A stretch of DNA of 64,000 bases from positions 20,778-84,777 of the forward strand of contig JAVRCJ020000032.1 of the NCBI GenBank assembly GCA_034530875.2, given 5' to 3'. Source of the stretch: Nostoc sp. DedSLP01. GTDB lineage: Bacteria; Cyanobacteriota; Cyanobacteriia; Cyanobacteriales; Nostocaceae. The notes beneath the pieces are model-generated. The model saw only the letters and a list, made by a program, of their open reading frames with translations. It searched no databases and was not told the origin of the DNA. Shown here one piece after another: positions 11,067-22,184 of the stretch (the stretch's first letter is position 1; the number at the start of each line of letters is the position of its first letter). The position numbers were made by a program, and so were the translations under genes.

Positions 11067-11474
11067 ATGTTTAAGACAGTACTATTTCCAATCGATCAAA
11101 GCCGGGAAACACGGGAAGCTGCTGACGTAGTGACCAACATTGTCCAAAAGTACGGCAGTCGCTTAGTGCTGCTGTCTGTGGTAGAAGAACCACCCCCAGA
11201 TGCACCTAGTGGAGATCCGATGGTGTCACCGGAGGCAGTTGCCAAATTGCTGGAAAATGCCCAATTGTTATTTTCCCAACAAGGAATTCAATCCGAAGTT
11301 ATGGAAAGGCAAGGTAAACCAGCTTTTACCATTTGCGATGTTGCTGATGAAATCGGGGCAGATTTAATTATCATGGGCTGTCGGGGGCTAGGCTTGACTG
11401 AAGAGGGAGCGACTGATAGCGTCACCACTCGCGTGATTAACCTTTCCCCTTGTCCAGTGTTGATTGTGCCGTAA
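11067..11474 (+). CDS. Universal stress protein (Usp)
   Basis: MFKTVLFPID...ADLIIMGCRG...SVTTRVINLSPCPVLIVP. Confidence 0.93.
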   Translation: MFKTVLFPIDQSRETREAADVVTNIVQKYGSRLVLLSVVEEPPPDAPSGDPMVSPEAVAKLLENAQLLFSQQGIQSEVMERQGKPAFTICDVADEIGADLIIMGCRGLGLTEEGATDSVTTRVINLSPCPVLIVP

Positions 11475-11956
11475 AAACCTGTAGTTGCGTGACCAGTCTA
11501 AAATAATGCAACAGGTGTAGGTGTAAGTTGGGTTGAGTAACGCAAAACCCAACATCGATAGAGTATGGGTGTGTAGGGGAAGGAGTTACTCCTATTAACT
11601 GTTGTTCTCTTGCACCCTTACGCTTCTTTGTGATTGCCTGACATTCATATACCCTAACTACCACCAACCCAGTGTCAACGGACAATCTTTGTGCGTAAGT
11701 ACTGTTGCGTCAACTTATTTTGAGTTTTTTGTTTTGCGATCGCTTGACAGGCAAGACAGCCGCTACATTTACAACATTTTAGTCTTCCTACGTCCCTAGT
11801 TTGATTTTTACAAAAATTCCGTAAACCTATCATGTGAAAATCGCTAGAGTCAGCATATATTGTGGGCATCATAATCCAAGCAGAATAAACAAACTAGCAG
11901 CCAAAAAACTCTTTGGCAGCTAGTTTTTCATTTATATACAACTACAGTATCGGCTG

Positions 11957-13174
11957 ATGGCAGATAGTTTTAGACGTATTCATCGATATAGTTTTACTCA
12001 GTATATTTTGGGTTACCGAGAGATTAAATTGGGAATCATCTTAGGTATAAGTATTTGGGCATTCGGTGAAGTGAAATTACAAGCCGCCCAACTACAGGAA
12101 AATACAAAATCTCTTTTATCCAATGCGACTCAGTATGATTTCAAACTTTTAAAACCCAATCGATTTTTGATTGCAGCACCCGAAAACTTCAATCCCAATT
12201 TGCAACTACCGCAACCGCGACCGAAACCGCCAGAAACTCCTACCGTACCGACAACTTCCACCCAACCAACAACACCAAGTGCAGTTTTGGAAAGGATTGA
12301 TACGGACTATCGTTATGATACAGACAACTTTGGTCAAACTAATTTATTCATCGAACCAACGCTTCAGTTTCGATTGAGAAATGGCAATAAAATCTTTTTC
12401 AAGACAGGTTTTGATTTCTTTGAACAACGCGGTGTTGAATCAGTTAGCAATTTTCCTTTGCAAGTTGGCTGGCTGGGAAAAATTGGAGAAGTGACGTTAC
12501 AAACAGCAGCGGGAGTCGATGTATTTAACCGTTTACCTACAGCTATTAATCTGAATACTAAGGTGGAAATTCCGATTGTGCCGGCGCGGGTTTCGCCATC
12601 AGGCCAATTGCGATCGCTATTAGTAGTATCAGGTAATTTGGAACAAGGGCCTTATAAATTCAATGCCCGAACTTTAGAAAACCAGATTACCGCTTGGCGA
12701 TTTGGGCCTGATTTATTCTGGCAAATTGACCGCAACACGAGTTTGTTTTCTTCTTTGCGTTTGGGTAACTACAACGATGGTAATTCTGAGGTGCAGACTT
12801 TTAGCAGGCTAGAGCGCAAATTAGGACAATTTTCTCTAGCAGCTAACTTATTTACTTGGAGTTACGATCGCGATTTAGAAGGCACAAGTGGCTATTTCTC
12901 ACCACCAGATTTTTTAGTTTACAACGCTGAAGTGGCTTGGGAAGGAGATATTAGTAAATTCTTACGCTGTCGCCTCGCTGCCAACTTAGGACGACAGCGA
13001 CTTAAAGGAGAATTCGATAACGCCAATACCTACCAAGCACGCTGTACCGTAAAGCTCTCACCCAATATTGAAGCAGACTTGGGCTACAGCTTTAGTAATG
13101 TCCGCAATCAAGATACAGGAGAAAGCGCTTATGGCGGTAATTCCTTAAGAGGACAGTTGCGTGTCAAATTTTAA
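11957..13174 (+). CDS. Putative outer-membrane beta-barrel protein (resembles the C-terminal barrel of BcsC/PgaA-like exporters)
   Basis: N-terminal hydrophobic stretch, Pro/Thr linker, amphipathic beta strands, GYFSP motif, C-terminal Phe (LRVKF). Confidence 0.6.
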   Translation: MADSFRRIHRYSFTQYILGYREIKLGIILGISIWAFGEVKLQAAQLQENTKSLLSNATQYDFKLLKPNRFLIAAPENFNPNLQLPQPRPKPPETPTVPTTSTQPTTPSAVLERIDTDYRYDTDNFGQTNLFIEPTLQFRLRNGNKIFFKTGFDFFEQRGVESVSNFPLQVGWLGKIGEVTLQTAAGVDVFNRLPTAINLNTKVEIPIVPARVSPSGQLRSLLVVSGNLEQGPYKFNARTLENQITAWRFGPDLFWQIDRNTSLFSSLRLGNYNDGNSEVQTFSRLERKLGQFSLAANLFTWSYDRDLEGTSGYFSPPDFLVYNAEVAWEGDISKFLRCRLAANLGRQRLKGEFDNANTYQARCTVKLSPNIEADLGYSFSNVRNQDTGESAYGGNSLRGQLRVKF

Positions 13175-13254
13175 TTCAGAATTCAGAATAAATATAAAAT
13201 CAAGCGTGCTATGGATTTTTGATTTTTTTCAAATTATAAAGCTTGAGTATCAAA

Positions 13255-13381
13255 GCCTTCTAACTCCTAACTCATAACTCCTGAAAAGACTTGGGTTAAT
13301 CGCGTCTCTACTTCTAACTCCTGCCTCCTCTGCCTCCTGCCTCCTGCCCCCTGCCTCCTCTGCCTCCTGCCCCCCGCCTCC
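13255..13381. repeat. STRR tract with half copy of a palindromic small dispersed repeat
   Basis: (TAACTCC)n and (CTGCCTC)n units, with TTAATCGCGTCTCTAC at 13296-13311. Confidence 0.75.
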
Positions 13382-13387
13382 CGAAAG

Positions 13388-16300
13388 ATGAAAGCACCAT
13401 TACCTGAGAACGAAACACAGCGAATTGAGTCTCTTTTGGAGTATAAAATCCTCGATACTCCTGCGGAAGCTGCTTTTGACGACCTGACTCGTTTAGCTTC
13501 ATATATTTGTGGGGCTCCCATCGCTTTGATCAGTTTAGTCGATCGCGATCGCCAGTGGTTCAAGTCAAAAGTTGGTTTGGATGCCCTAGAAACACCCAGA
13601 GATATCGCATTCTGCGCCCATGCGATTTTACAACCGGAAGTTTTTGTTGTCCCTGATGCCACAAAAGACGAAAGGTTCGCTACAAACCCGGTAGTTACTT
13701 CCGATCCTCATGTGCGTTTTTATGCTGGCGTACCGTTGACTAATCCTGAAGGATATGCATTGGGAACGCTTTGTGTAATCGATCGCATACCCAGAAACCT
13801 TTCTCCAGAACAAATTGAAGTTTTACGAATACTAGGCCGCCAGGTAATTAAGCAACTAGAAATGCGGCGCACCTTGGCAAGTTTAGTTCTAGCGAGCGAT
13901 ACACGCAAACAAGCACAGAAGGTACGCCAACAATTTTTAACAAGAATTGCCCAAGGATTTGCGCTGGCCTTGGTTATTTTAGTTTTGATTGGCACGCTCT
14001 CATATCAAAGTACGCAAGTGTTGATTAATACGAGTAAAGAATTGCTCAACACTCAAGTGACAATCAATTGTTTGCAAGAACTTTTATCTCATATTAAAGA
14101 TGCGGAAACCGGGCAACGCGGATATATACTCACTGGAAACGAAGCCTATCTCGAACCATATCAGACAGCACTTGTCAAAGTTGCTCCAGAAATTCAGCAG
14201 TTAAGAAAATTAACACCAGAAGATCCTCAGCAACTAAATCAAATTGACACTCTTGAATCTCTGATAGTAGTAAAACTCAACGAGCTGAAAAAGACTATCG
14301 ACTTGCGCCAGCATCAAGGATTAGATGCGGCATTGGAGGTCATCAAAACAGACCGAGGAAATAACCTCATGAATGATATTCGCAATATCATTCGTGAGAT
14401 GGAAAATGAGGAGCAAGAAAAGCTCCAGCAGCATTTAAAAATCACTAAAATCAGTATCCAAAATACAGTTTTGATGCAGGCGATCGCTATTTGCTTAAGT
14501 TTCCTAATTCTGGCTATAGTCTACTATTTTATTTATCGCGAAGCCAGAGAGCGTAAATTCACGGAGGAAGCACTGAATAAAGAACGCAACTTTATCTCAG
14601 CAGTTCTTGATACAGCCAGCGCTTTAGTAATAGTTCTCGACGCCCAAGGGCAAATCGTTCGCTTTAATCATGCTTGCGAGGAAACAACTGGTTATTCATT
14701 TGATGAAGTCAGTGGCAGGTATTTCTGGAATCTGTTTTTACTTCCGCAACAAGTAGAGCGAGTAAAAGCTGTTTTTGAACAACTGCGAGTTGGTGAAGGT
14801 TCAAAGGAGTACGAAAGCTATTGGATAATGAAAAATGGTAGTCGGCGGCTAATTGCATGGACTAACACTATTTTGCAAGACTATGAGGGTCGCGTTGAAT
14901 ACATTATTGCTACAGGTATTGATATTAGCGATCGCAAACGAGCAGAACAGCATCTGAAAGCACAGTATGCGACAACCCGCGTCTTAGCAGAGTCCACTAC
15001 CATCAAAGAAGCTATGTGCCAAATTTTGCAAGGCATCTGCGAAAGTTTGGGATGGGCTTTGAGTGAAATTTGGATGATAGATCGGCAAGTGAATATACTG
15101 GTTTATTTATATAGCTGGTATCAAACATCATTAGAGTTGCAAGAATTTGAAATCCTCAGTCGCCAGAGCACCTTTGCTCCAGGAATTGGCTTGCCTGGTC
15201 GTGTCTGGGCTAGTGGAGAACCTGTTTGGATGCCTGATGTCACTAAAGATCGCGATTTCTCGCGCTGTGAAATTGCTGCCAAAGCCGGACTGCATGGAGC
15301 TTTTGGTTTTCCGATCCGTGGGAATAAAAAAATTCTTGGTGTAATTACTTGCTTTAGTCATGATATCCAGCAACCAGATTCAGATTTAGCCACAGTGATG
15401 AATTCCATTGGCGAGCAAGTGGGGCAATTTATTGAGCGCAAACAGGCTGAAGAAGAACTGCAACGCCAAAACTTGCGATCGCAATTATTTACTGAAATTA
15501 CCCTGAAAATTCGCCAATCTTTGCAGATTAAAGAAATTCTGCAAATCGCTGTTACCGAAGTCCAAAAAATTCTCCATAGCGATCGAGTTTTAATCTATCA
15601 GCCTTTGTCGGATGGCTCTGGAAGTACCATTGTCGAGGCAGTAGTTTCTGGCTGGCTGACAATCAAAGAGAAAAAGCTCACTGAGGTATACTTGAAAGCC
15701 GAATATCTACAACAGTATTATCTCCAGCAGTATCGTCAAAAAAAGAATTTGGGGTTTGCAGATTTGGATTTAGGCCAAATCCAAAAAAATTATATAGAAT
15801 TACTCCAACAATTTGGGGTCAAATCCAATTTAGTTGTACCCATTCTTGTCAAAGAAGAACTTTGCGGTTTGCTAATTGTGCATCAGTGCGGTAGTTCTCG
15901 CCAATGGTCTAGCTTTGAAACTCATCTTTTGCGGCAAATAGCCGACCAAGTAGGTATCGCCTTAGCCCAAGCTCAAATGTTAGATGCTGAAACTCAACAG
16001 CGGCTAGAACTGGAAGTTGCTCGTCACGAAGCTGAATTAGCTTCTAAAACCAAAAGTGCTTTTTTAGCCAATATGAGCCACGAAATCCGTACCCCAATGA
16101 ATGCTGTGTTGGGAATGACAGGCTTAATGTTAGAAACTCCCCTCAACCCGGAACAACGAGATTTTATTGAAACAATTCGCATTAGTGGAGATGCGCTGTT
16201 AAGTCTAATTAACGAAATTTTGGATCTCTCCAAACTCGAAGCTGGGGAGATGGTATTAGAAACTTTAGATTTTGACTTATCTACCTGTGTGGAAGAGGTC

Positions 16301-18055
16301 TTGGAATTATTAGCCCCCGCAGCTCATAACAAGGGATTAGAAATTGCAGCCTTGATTTATCCCAACGTTCCTACGGAACTTCAAGGTGATGCTGGTCGTT
16401 TGCGGCAAATTTTGATGAATCTAATTAGCAATGCCATTAAATTCACCAGCACTGGAGAAGTAGTAGTACGGATAGAACTGCGTTCGCAAACTGCTAACAC
16501 AGCTACCATTTACTTTGCCATCATAGATACCGGTCTTGGCATTAGCCCTGAAGACCAATCCAGACTATTTAAGGCATTTACTCAAGTAGATACTTCCACT
16601 ACCCGTAAGTATGGCGGTACGGGTTTGGGATTAGCCATTTGCAAACAACTAGTAAGCTTGATGGGAGGAGAAATTGGTTTAGAAAGTCGCCTCGGTAAAG
16701 GATCTAAGTTTTGGTTTCAAATAACTTTGCCCAAGCAACTTTACCCAATTTGCTCGATACCCGATAGCGAACTTCTAACTAATCGGCGCTTATTAGTAGT
16801 AGATGATAATCCGACTAATCGCAAAATTATTCAGTATCAAGCTAACCGCTGGGGGATGTTAGTAGATCAAGCGGCTTCTGCTACTATTGCCCTCAAAGCG
16901 ATCGAACAAGCTGCCAAACAAAAAAGACCTTATGACATTGCTGTTATTGATATGCAAATGCCAGAAATAGATGGCATGACTTTGGGAAAGGAAATTAAGA
17001 AAAATTCCGCCATCCCCCAGTTACCTTTGATTATGCTCACCTCTACAAATCAACGCGATGAAATCCAACGAGCGCTAGAAATTGGATTTGCTGCTTATTT
17101 GGTCAAACCTGTGAAGCCCTCACGACTTTTTGATGCGATCGTTACTATTTTAGAAATCCAACAAGAGGACACGGTGACGCAAAGAGTGACAGACACGGAG
17201 AATCTATCTACTACATTCCCCGCGTCCCCCTATCCCCGCGTCTTTGCGTCTTCTTGTGCAATTTCTAACTCTCCTAAATTAAGAATTCTTTTAGCTGAGG
17301 ATAATTTGGTAAATCAGAAAGTCGCCTTGAAGCAACTCCAAAGTCTCGGCTACAGTGCTGATGTTGCTGCTAATGGTCAAGAAGTATTGCAGCTATTAGA
17401 AAAAATTCCCTACGATTTAATTTTGATGGACTGGCAAATGCCAATTCTTGATGGTTTGGAAACCACCAAAGAAATTCATCGTTGGCACAACAATTCCTTT
17501 GTCAACGGTCATCGTCCTGTAATAATTGCGATGACCGCTAATGCTATGAAAGAAGACAAACAAATGTGTTTAGATGCAGGTATGGATGACTATATAAGTA
17601 AACCTGTATTGAAGGAAGATTTGGCCGCGACTTTAGAACGTTGGGCAATATCAGCATTGCCCAAACAAGCTGTTGTCTTGGAGACAACTTCTACCACAAA
17701 TGTTGGTTTAGTTGAGCTACCAATTGATTGGGAACGCTTGCATCAACTTTCAGAAAATAACCCAGAATTTGAATTAGAATTACTGCAAATATTTATTGAA
17801 GATATTCAACCTCGGCTAGAGATAATTAAAAAGGCGATCGCTGCTCGTGAATTCGAGCAAATAGCGCGAGAAGCTCATCAAATTAAAGGTGCTAGTGGCA
17901 ATATGGGTGTAACAACCATGTGTCTGGCAGCCCAAAAATTAGAAAAATTAGCTTATAATCAAGAGTTTGAAGGTACTAATAGCTTAATTTTAGAGTTAGA
18001 AGAATTTGTTACAATTATCCAAAACTTTTTAACAAAACAGAATTGTGAAATCTAA
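13388..18055 (+). CDS. Multi-sensor hybrid histidine kinase (GAF-CHASE3-PAS-GAF-GAF-HisKA-HATPase-REC-REC-Hpt)
   Basis: DAETGQRGY (CHASE3) between two TMs, [38 protein letters not shown], two receiver domains (DMQMP, DWQMP), AHQIKGASG (Hpt). Confidence 0.95.
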   Translation: MKAPLPENETQRIESLLEYKILDTPAEAAFDDLTRLASYICGAPIALISLVDRDRQWFKSKVGLDALETPRDIAFCAHAILQPEVFVVPDATKDERFATNPVVTSDPHVRFYAGVPLTNPEGYALGTLCVIDRIPRNLSPEQIEVLRILGRQVIKQLEMRRTLASLVLASDTRKQAQKVRQQFLTRIAQGFALALVILVLIGTLSYQSTQVLINTSKELLNTQVTINCLQELLSHIKDAETGQRGYILTGNEAYLEPYQTALVKVAPEIQQLRKLTPEDPQQLNQIDTLESLIVVKLNELKKTIDLRQHQGLDAALEVIKTDRGNNLMNDIRNIIREMENEEQEKLQQHLKITKISIQNTVLMQAIAICLSFLILAIVYYFIYREARERKFTEEALNKERNFISAVLDTASALVIVLDAQGQIVRFNHACEETTGYSFDEVSGRYFWNLFLLPQQVERVKAVFEQLRVGEGSKEYESYWIMKNGSRRLIAWTNTILQDYEGRVEYIIATGIDISDRKRAEQHLKAQYATTRVLAESTTIKEAMCQILQGICESLGWALSEIWMIDRQVNILVYLYSWYQTSLELQEFEILSRQSTFAPGIGLPGRVWASGEPVWMPDVTKDRDFSRCEIAAKAGLHGAFGFPIRGNKKILGVITCFSHDIQQPDSDLATVMNSIGEQVGQFIERKQAEEELQRQNLRSQLFTEITLKIRQSLQIKEILQIAVTEVQKILHSDRVLIYQPLSDGSGSTIVEAVVSGWLTIKEKKLTEVYLKAEYLQQYYLQQYRQKKNLGFADLDLGQIQKNYIELLQQFGVKSNLVVPILVKEELCGLLIVHQCGSSRQWSSFETHLLRQIADQVGIALAQAQMLDAETQQRLELEVARHEAELASKTKSAFLANMSHEIRTPMNAVLGMTGLMLETPLNPEQRDFIETIRISGDALLSLINEILDLSKLEAGEMVLETLDFDLSTCVEEVLELLAPAAHNKGLEIAALIYPNVPTELQGDAGRLRQILMNLISNAIKFTSTGEVVVRIELRSQTANTATIYFAIIDTGLGISPEDQSRLFKAFTQVDTSTTRKYGGTGLGLAICKQLVSLMGGEIGLESRLGKGSKFWFQITLPKQLYPICSIPDSELLTNRRLLVVDDNPTNRKIIQYQANRWGMLVDQAASATIALKAIEQAAKQKRPYDIAVIDMQMPEIDGMTLGKEIKKNSAIPQLPLIMLTSTNQRDEIQRALEIGFAAYLVKPVKPSRLFDAIVTILEIQQEDTVTQRVTDTENLSTTFPASPYPRVFASSCAISNSPKLRILLAEDNLVNQKVALKQLQSLGYSADVAANGQEVLQLLEKIPYDLILMDWQMPILDGLETTKEIHRWHNNSFVNGHRPVIIAMTANAMKEDKQMCLDAGMDDYISKPVLKEDLAATLERWAISALPKQAVVLETTSTTNVGLVELPIDWERLHQLSENNPEFELELLQIFIEDIQPRLEIIKKAIAAREFEQIAREAHQIKGASGNMGVTTMCLAAQKLEKLAYNQEFEGTNSLILELEEFVTIIQNFLTKQNCEI

Positions 18056-18063
18056 ATTCTTCT

Positions 18064-20145
18064 TCAAGGCGCTAATCTCGCCTTACCTAGACGCTGCTTT
18101 TCATACCATTGAGCGATCGCCGGTGCCCAAGAAGCAAAGTGAGGCCACATCAGTTCGCACAACTTTTGAATTTCTAGTTGAGCGTCTTTCTTATTTCTCA
18201 AATCGCAAAAATGCAAGAAAGACCGAAGATTAAAACTAACTACAAAATGCTGACGATAATCAAAAGGTACTTTACCTCTGGCGTGTTCTTCAGACATTCC
18301 CCCTTCAAAATCAGCTTTATATCGTTTAGCTGCTTCTAGACACCACTCCAAATCCGCTGCTCGTTGTTCTGGCGTATAGTAATACTTTTTACCTTGTCTG
18401 TCTGTGTAATAACCAACCGGACGCAGATAAATAACATCTTCTATGTCTTTCTTACCTTCTACTACTTCAATAAATTGGTTACCAGTGTAGCGAAAAGAAT
18501 TGTGAACTACAATTCCATTAGCAACAAAATTATGCCAATAACCATCAACTTCTAGATCGTAAGTCATTTGTTGCCCAAGGTATTCTATACTCTTAACTTT
18601 GACTGGATGCGCCTGAAGCTTTCTACTAATAGGCTTCGGCTTGGAAGGCCAAATTTCAGTTTCTAGGGTTAGTTTGTAGGATTTAGCAAATTCAAACTCT
18701 TGATTATTTTGATGGATATATTCGTGACACTTTCTGCATAAAGTTACTAGGTTATCAAATTCATAAGCAAGCAATTCATTAGCATAGACTGGTATTAAAT
18801 GATGAGCATGAAGATTCCCGCCACGAAGTTTACATTTTTGGCAAATATAATTGAACTTTTCATGTACTTGTGGAGCAATTTTTCTTGTCCATGCACCTAT
18901 TAGCTCTCTTTCAGTAGATGTACCTCCTTTCCAAAAGTTAGATTCTTCTTTTCTTTTTGTGTATTTCTTTGCGTTCTCTATACGTTTTGTTCGACTTTCT
19001 TCTGACAAGTTTAAGTGATAACCACCTTTACCCTTATTCCAAGGATTTTTGGAACCAGGTGGTTTTTTATTTAGGGATAATCCATAAGCGTAAACCCATT
19101 TTTTAATTGCTTCTACAGAGCAGTTGGCTAGTGCTGCCATTTCATCAGCATGAAGTCCTTTATTTAGTTGCTCTTCTAACCAAAACTTGTCTCGATAGAG
19201 CGCATCAGGTTTATAGTTCCAGGGTTTATGTTCCTTAACAAATTGAGTATCTTGTTGATTTAAAGATAATCCATATCTACTAGCCCAATTTCTAATAGTA
19301 TTTATGGAACATTTTGATAAGGATGCAATTTCTAATGTGGAGAGTCCTTGGGCGATTTGAGATTTCAGCCATTCCCTCTTTGTGTAAAGTCCGTTGCCTA
19401 CTATTTTCAGACCATTACACATCAAGTTGCACGGCTTAGTCATTTTAACTACGCTACCGTCATGATTAGTAACTAAACCAACAGCATCGCCCATCCTTTG
19501 CCAGCCTTCTGAAGTAAATAAGCGATGGTTAACAGTACAATCTAAAGTTTTTCCATCTTCTAAAGTTACTCGGTAGACGGGCTGAAGACCACTGCACATT
19601 ACATCTTTAATATGTCCAACTTCAAATAAGCCAGTTTCTTCGTTGAGAACTCGCAAACGCATTTTGCGGATACGTTGTTTACAGTCACGTCGATACTGAC
19701 CGGGTGGTTCTCCATTTCTACCGCGAATTGACCTTTGACGTAGTGCTTTTTCACCGTTAGTCCAGAGTTCGTATAACTCTCCAATAGTTTTTTTCAACTT
19801 TTGGTTAGTTTCGCCTTCACAGTTAACAAAAGTAATTTCAGTATTAGCAGCTAGACATTGTACATCAAATGATACTCCAACTCTATGGGTACGCGCCTGT
19901 TGCATAACGCTGTGGGGAAAGTAGCCACAGTTGAAAACAATCTGGGGATGTTCTAGAGGCCCGTAATGTCCTCTTTCTCCCGCTAAAAGTCGCTTAACAA
20001 TAATTTCGCCGCATTGTGACTCCGATGGCCATGAGTCGCGCTCATCAAATACAAACGCATCGGTATAGTCTTGGTGCATCGCAGCGTAAATCACCTGCTG
20101 CGGGTTTGGGGTTTTGGCAATAACCTCTACTCGAAATCGATGCAT
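18064..20145 (-). CDS. thyX: FAD-dependent thymidylate synthase precursor containing an intein
   Basis: Likely start MHRFRVEV at 20145; GHYGPLEH; RTHRVGVSFDVQ|SFRY motif split by an insertion; NLRSFLHF..LR...AQLEI. The spliced product would be about 240 aa. Confidence 0.95.
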   Translation of the reverse strand: MHRFRVEVIAKTPNPQQVIYAAMHQDYTDAFVFDERDSWPSESQCGEIIVKRLLAGERGHYGPLEHPQIVFNCGYFPHSVMQQARTHRVGVSFDVQCLAANTEITFVNCEGETNQKLKKTIGELYELWTNGEKALRQRSIRGRNGEPPGQYRRDCKQRIRKMRLRVLNEETGLFEVGHIKDVMCSGLQPVYRVTLEDGKTLDCTVNHRLFTSEGWQRMGDAVGLVTNHDGSVVKMTKPCNLMCNGLKIVGNGLYTKREWLKSQIAQGLSTLEIASLSKCSINTIRNWASRYGLSLNQQDTQFVKEHKPWNYKPDALYRDKFWLEEQLNKGLHADEMAALANCSVEAIKKWVYAYGLSLNKKPPGSKNPWNKGKGGYHLNLSEESRTKRIENAKKYTKRKEESNFWKGGTSTERELIGAWTRKIAPQVHEKFNYICQKCKLRGGNLHAHHLIPVYANELLAYEFDNLVTLCRKCHEYIHQNNQEFEFAKSYKLTLETEIWPSKPKPISRKLQAHPVKVKSIEYLGQQMTYDLEVDGYWHNFVANGIVVHNSFRYTGNQFIEVVEGKKDIEDVIYLRPVGYYTDRQGKKYYYTPEQRAADLEWCLEAAKRYKADFEGGMSEEHARGKVPFDYRQHFVVSFNLRSFLHFCDLRNKKDAQLEIQKLCELMWPHFASWAPAIAQWYEKQRLGKARLAP
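18499..19857 (-). mobile_element. Intein (453 aa) with HNH homing endonuclease
   Basis: Begins CLAANTEI after Q, has block B CTVNHRLF, and ends TYDLEV...HNFVANGIVVHN before Ser+1. Internal CQKC...HAHH...NLVTLCRKCH is an HNH motif. Confidence 0.95.
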
Positions 20146-20248
20146 TGGCTGTATGAAAGTGCATGAGAACAGAGAACAGAACCTATGAAAGTTAAACATG
20201 GCTTTGAACTCGATTCATCATCATATCTCTTTTGACAGATTAAGAGAC

Positions 20249-20287
20249 TTTACAAATTTTAATAAACTTGTTACAGTTCTTTACATA
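20249..20287 (+). promoter_or_regulatory. HLR1 (RpaB-binding) direct repeat upstream of hli
   Basis: GTTACAGT-TC-TTTACATA at 20270-20287 closely matches (G/T)TTACA(T/A)(T/A)-N2 repeats. A weaker copy lies at 20249-20266. This is the expected context for an hli gene. Confidence 0.75.
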
Positions 20288-20310
20288 AAGAAAGTATAGG
20301 GGATAATCAA

Positions 20311-20526
20311 ATGCGTACAGGTACTGCTATAGTTGATGACCAAGGCAAACTGAACAACTTTGCGATCGAGCCAAAGGTTTATGTAGACGAGCAAGGCGAT
20401 CGCACTGGCTTCACACCTTATGCAGAACTGCTCAACGGTCGTTTAGCAATGATTGGTTTTGTTGCTCTAATAACATTAGAAGTACTAACAGGACACGGGA
20501 TTATTGGTTTTTTGACAAGTCTGTAA
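20311..20526 (+). CDS. hli: High-light-inducible protein (CAB/ELIP/HLIP)
   Basis: [10 protein letters not shown] and [13 protein letters not shown] chlorophyll-binding motif. Confidence 0.95.
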   Translation: MRTGTAIVDDQGKLNNFAIEPKVYVDEQGDRTGFTPYAELLNGRLAMIGFVALITLEVLTGHGIIGFLTSL

Positions 20527-20672
20527 TAACTAAGGCAGAATTTAGAACTCAAAATTCAGAAATCGCAATCGGCTAACAGAAGTCAAATAAGCTTTAGCCC
20601 AAACTTTGAGACTTATGTTGTTCGCCAACTTGAAATCCGCTGTAATTTGTGTCAAACAACTTGCAAAAAATC

Positions 20673-20700
20673 TAACAGACGATATATGTATCGTCTGTTA
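20673..20700. terminator. Hairpin between hli and the thioredoxin-like gene (possible terminator)
   Basis: TAACAGACGATA-tatg-TATCGTCTGTTA perfect 12-bp stem. Confidence 0.5.
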
Positions 20701-20786
20701 AATTTATTTGTGGAAAATTAAGTGATATGTTGAAGACATACTGATAGCAAAAGCGCTAATCGAAGTACAAATATATTCGGCGAACT

Positions 20787-21368
20787 ATGGCTTTAACAGC
20801 TTCAACAATGTTGCCACTAGGCACTAAAGCACCAGATTTTAATCTACCGGAAGTTATATCTGGAAAGGCAACTTCACTTTCGACATTTGCAGAAAAAAAA
20901 GCGCTGTTGGTGATGTTTATTTGTCGGCATTGTCCATTTGTCAAGCATGTCCAACAAGAATTAGCGCAGTTAGGAAAAGATTATTTTACAAGCGATTTAG
21001 CGATCGTTGCCATTAGCGCTAACGATGCTAAAAATTACCCAGATGATGCGCCAGAATCCTTAAAAGCATTTGCCACAGAACAAGGATTTACTTTTACAGT
21101 ATGCTACGACGAGAGCCAGGGAACTGCAAAAGCTTACACAGCAGCTTGCACACCAGATTTCTTTCTATTTGATAGCTCGCGGCAACTTGTTTATCGCGGA
21201 CAATTGGATGATAGTCGTCCTAGTAATGGAAAACCTGTAACCGGCAAAGATTTACGTGCAGCCATTGAAGCAGTGTTGGCAGATAAACCTCTTTCCATAG
21301 AGCAAAAGCCGAGTATTGGGTGCAACATTAAATGGAAACCTGGAAACGAACCAAGTTATTTTGGTTAG
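20787..21368 (+). CDS. Thioredoxin-fold AhpC/TSA family protein
   Basis: GTKAPDF, FICRHCPFV, AACTPDFF, YRGQLDDSRP, SIGCNIKW. Confidence 0.92.
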   Translation: MALTASTMLPLGTKAPDFNLPEVISGKATSLSTFAEKKALLVMFICRHCPFVKHVQQELAQLGKDYFTSDLAIVAISANDAKNYPDDAPESLKAFATEQGFTFTVCYDESQGTAKAYTAACTPDFFLFDSSRQLVYRGQLDDSRPSNGKPVTGKDLRAAIEAVLADKPLSIEQKPSIGCNIKWKPGNEPSYFG

Positions 21369-21474
21369 GGAACTCCAAAAAATAAATTATCCCAATCCCA
21401 ATTCCCAGACTTAATACAACTATTCCCCCCCTGCTTACAGAGCAATGGGATATTTTTTAATTGGAAGTTCCTTA
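21366..21474. mobile_element. MITE-like element with imperfect terminal inverted repeats
   Basis: TAGGGAACTCCAAAAAATAAA...TTTTTTAATTGGAAGTTCCTTA; a related copy in opposite orientation lies at 62719-62838. Confidence 0.6.
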
Positions 21475-21671
21475 AATGGGGTATGGAGAGCATTGAATGT
21501 TGACTTTTGAGTGAGGAGTTAAGAGTTTTTATTCCCATTTCTTCATCTCTCCAATCCTCAGATATAAACATTTCTTGCAAAATTATTTTTGCAAGAGTGA
21601 GAAAAGGGAAAAGGTTAAAGACTAAAGGTTTTTTCTTACCCCTTACCCTTTTCCCCACTTTTGCAAGAAGT

Positions 21672-22184
21672 CTAATGCTTAATTTCCAAATTCAGGATAT
21701 AACGTCCTAGTTGGATTTTTTCTGCCCACAATTCATATTCCAGGCGCAAATGCTCTGGTAAAGGATGCCCGTTGAGGGCTAGGCTACTAGTAAAGTTTCT
21801 TAAACGAATCGGATCCTTGGATTGCAACGACTCAGTTGGCAACCAATAACGGCTAATACCATAAACACCCTGTTCCCAGAAGTGGCGGTAACTAACTTGA
21901 GCGTTACCTTGCATAGTCATAATTACTCGATATGGGGAAATCTCCAACCACAAAATTCTGGGACTGCTAGGCGCGTAAGCTTTCTTCTGGCTTTGAAGAG
22001 AAGTGTCTTCTGGACTAAGAACACTCTCCACTTCGCAAGTAATTAGAGGCGGTGCGGTCAACAGCAAATGAAATCGATCGGTGTCTTTTTGATACAATGT
22101 GCCAGCAGTTTCGACAACAGACCAGATTGGTAGGTCAGTGGAAATAATTGATAAGCACACGGGCTTGCGATGATGGGTCAGCAT
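21672..22184 (-). CDS. Conserved cyanobacterial hypothetical protein
   Basis: 170-aa ORF with natural composition (LWLEISPYRVIMTMQG, SYRHFWEQG); no family recognised. Confidence 0.75.
   Translation of the reverse strand: MLTHHRKPVCLSIISTDLPIWSVVETAGTLYQKDTDRFHLLLTAPPLITCEVESVLSPEDTSLQSQKKAYAPSSPRILWLEISPYRVIMTMQGNAQVSYRHFWEQGVYGISRYWLPTESLQSKDPIRLRNFTSSLALNGHPLPEHLRLEYELWAEKIQLGRYILNLEIKH

Noticed and set aside
9848..11074. Multiple antisense ORFs over pgk (and similar shadows over chlI, the kinases, nos and the ligases)
   Set aside because: They fully overlap well-supported genes on the opposite strand or in another frame.
11437..11872. Three short ORFs between usp and the beta-barrel gene
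   Set aside because: They overlap each other and repeat-like DNA and show no recognisable motifs.
20146..20199. N-terminal extension of ThyX
   Set aside because: ThyX-like sequence begins at MHRFRVEV (20145); the upstream 18 codons look non-coding.
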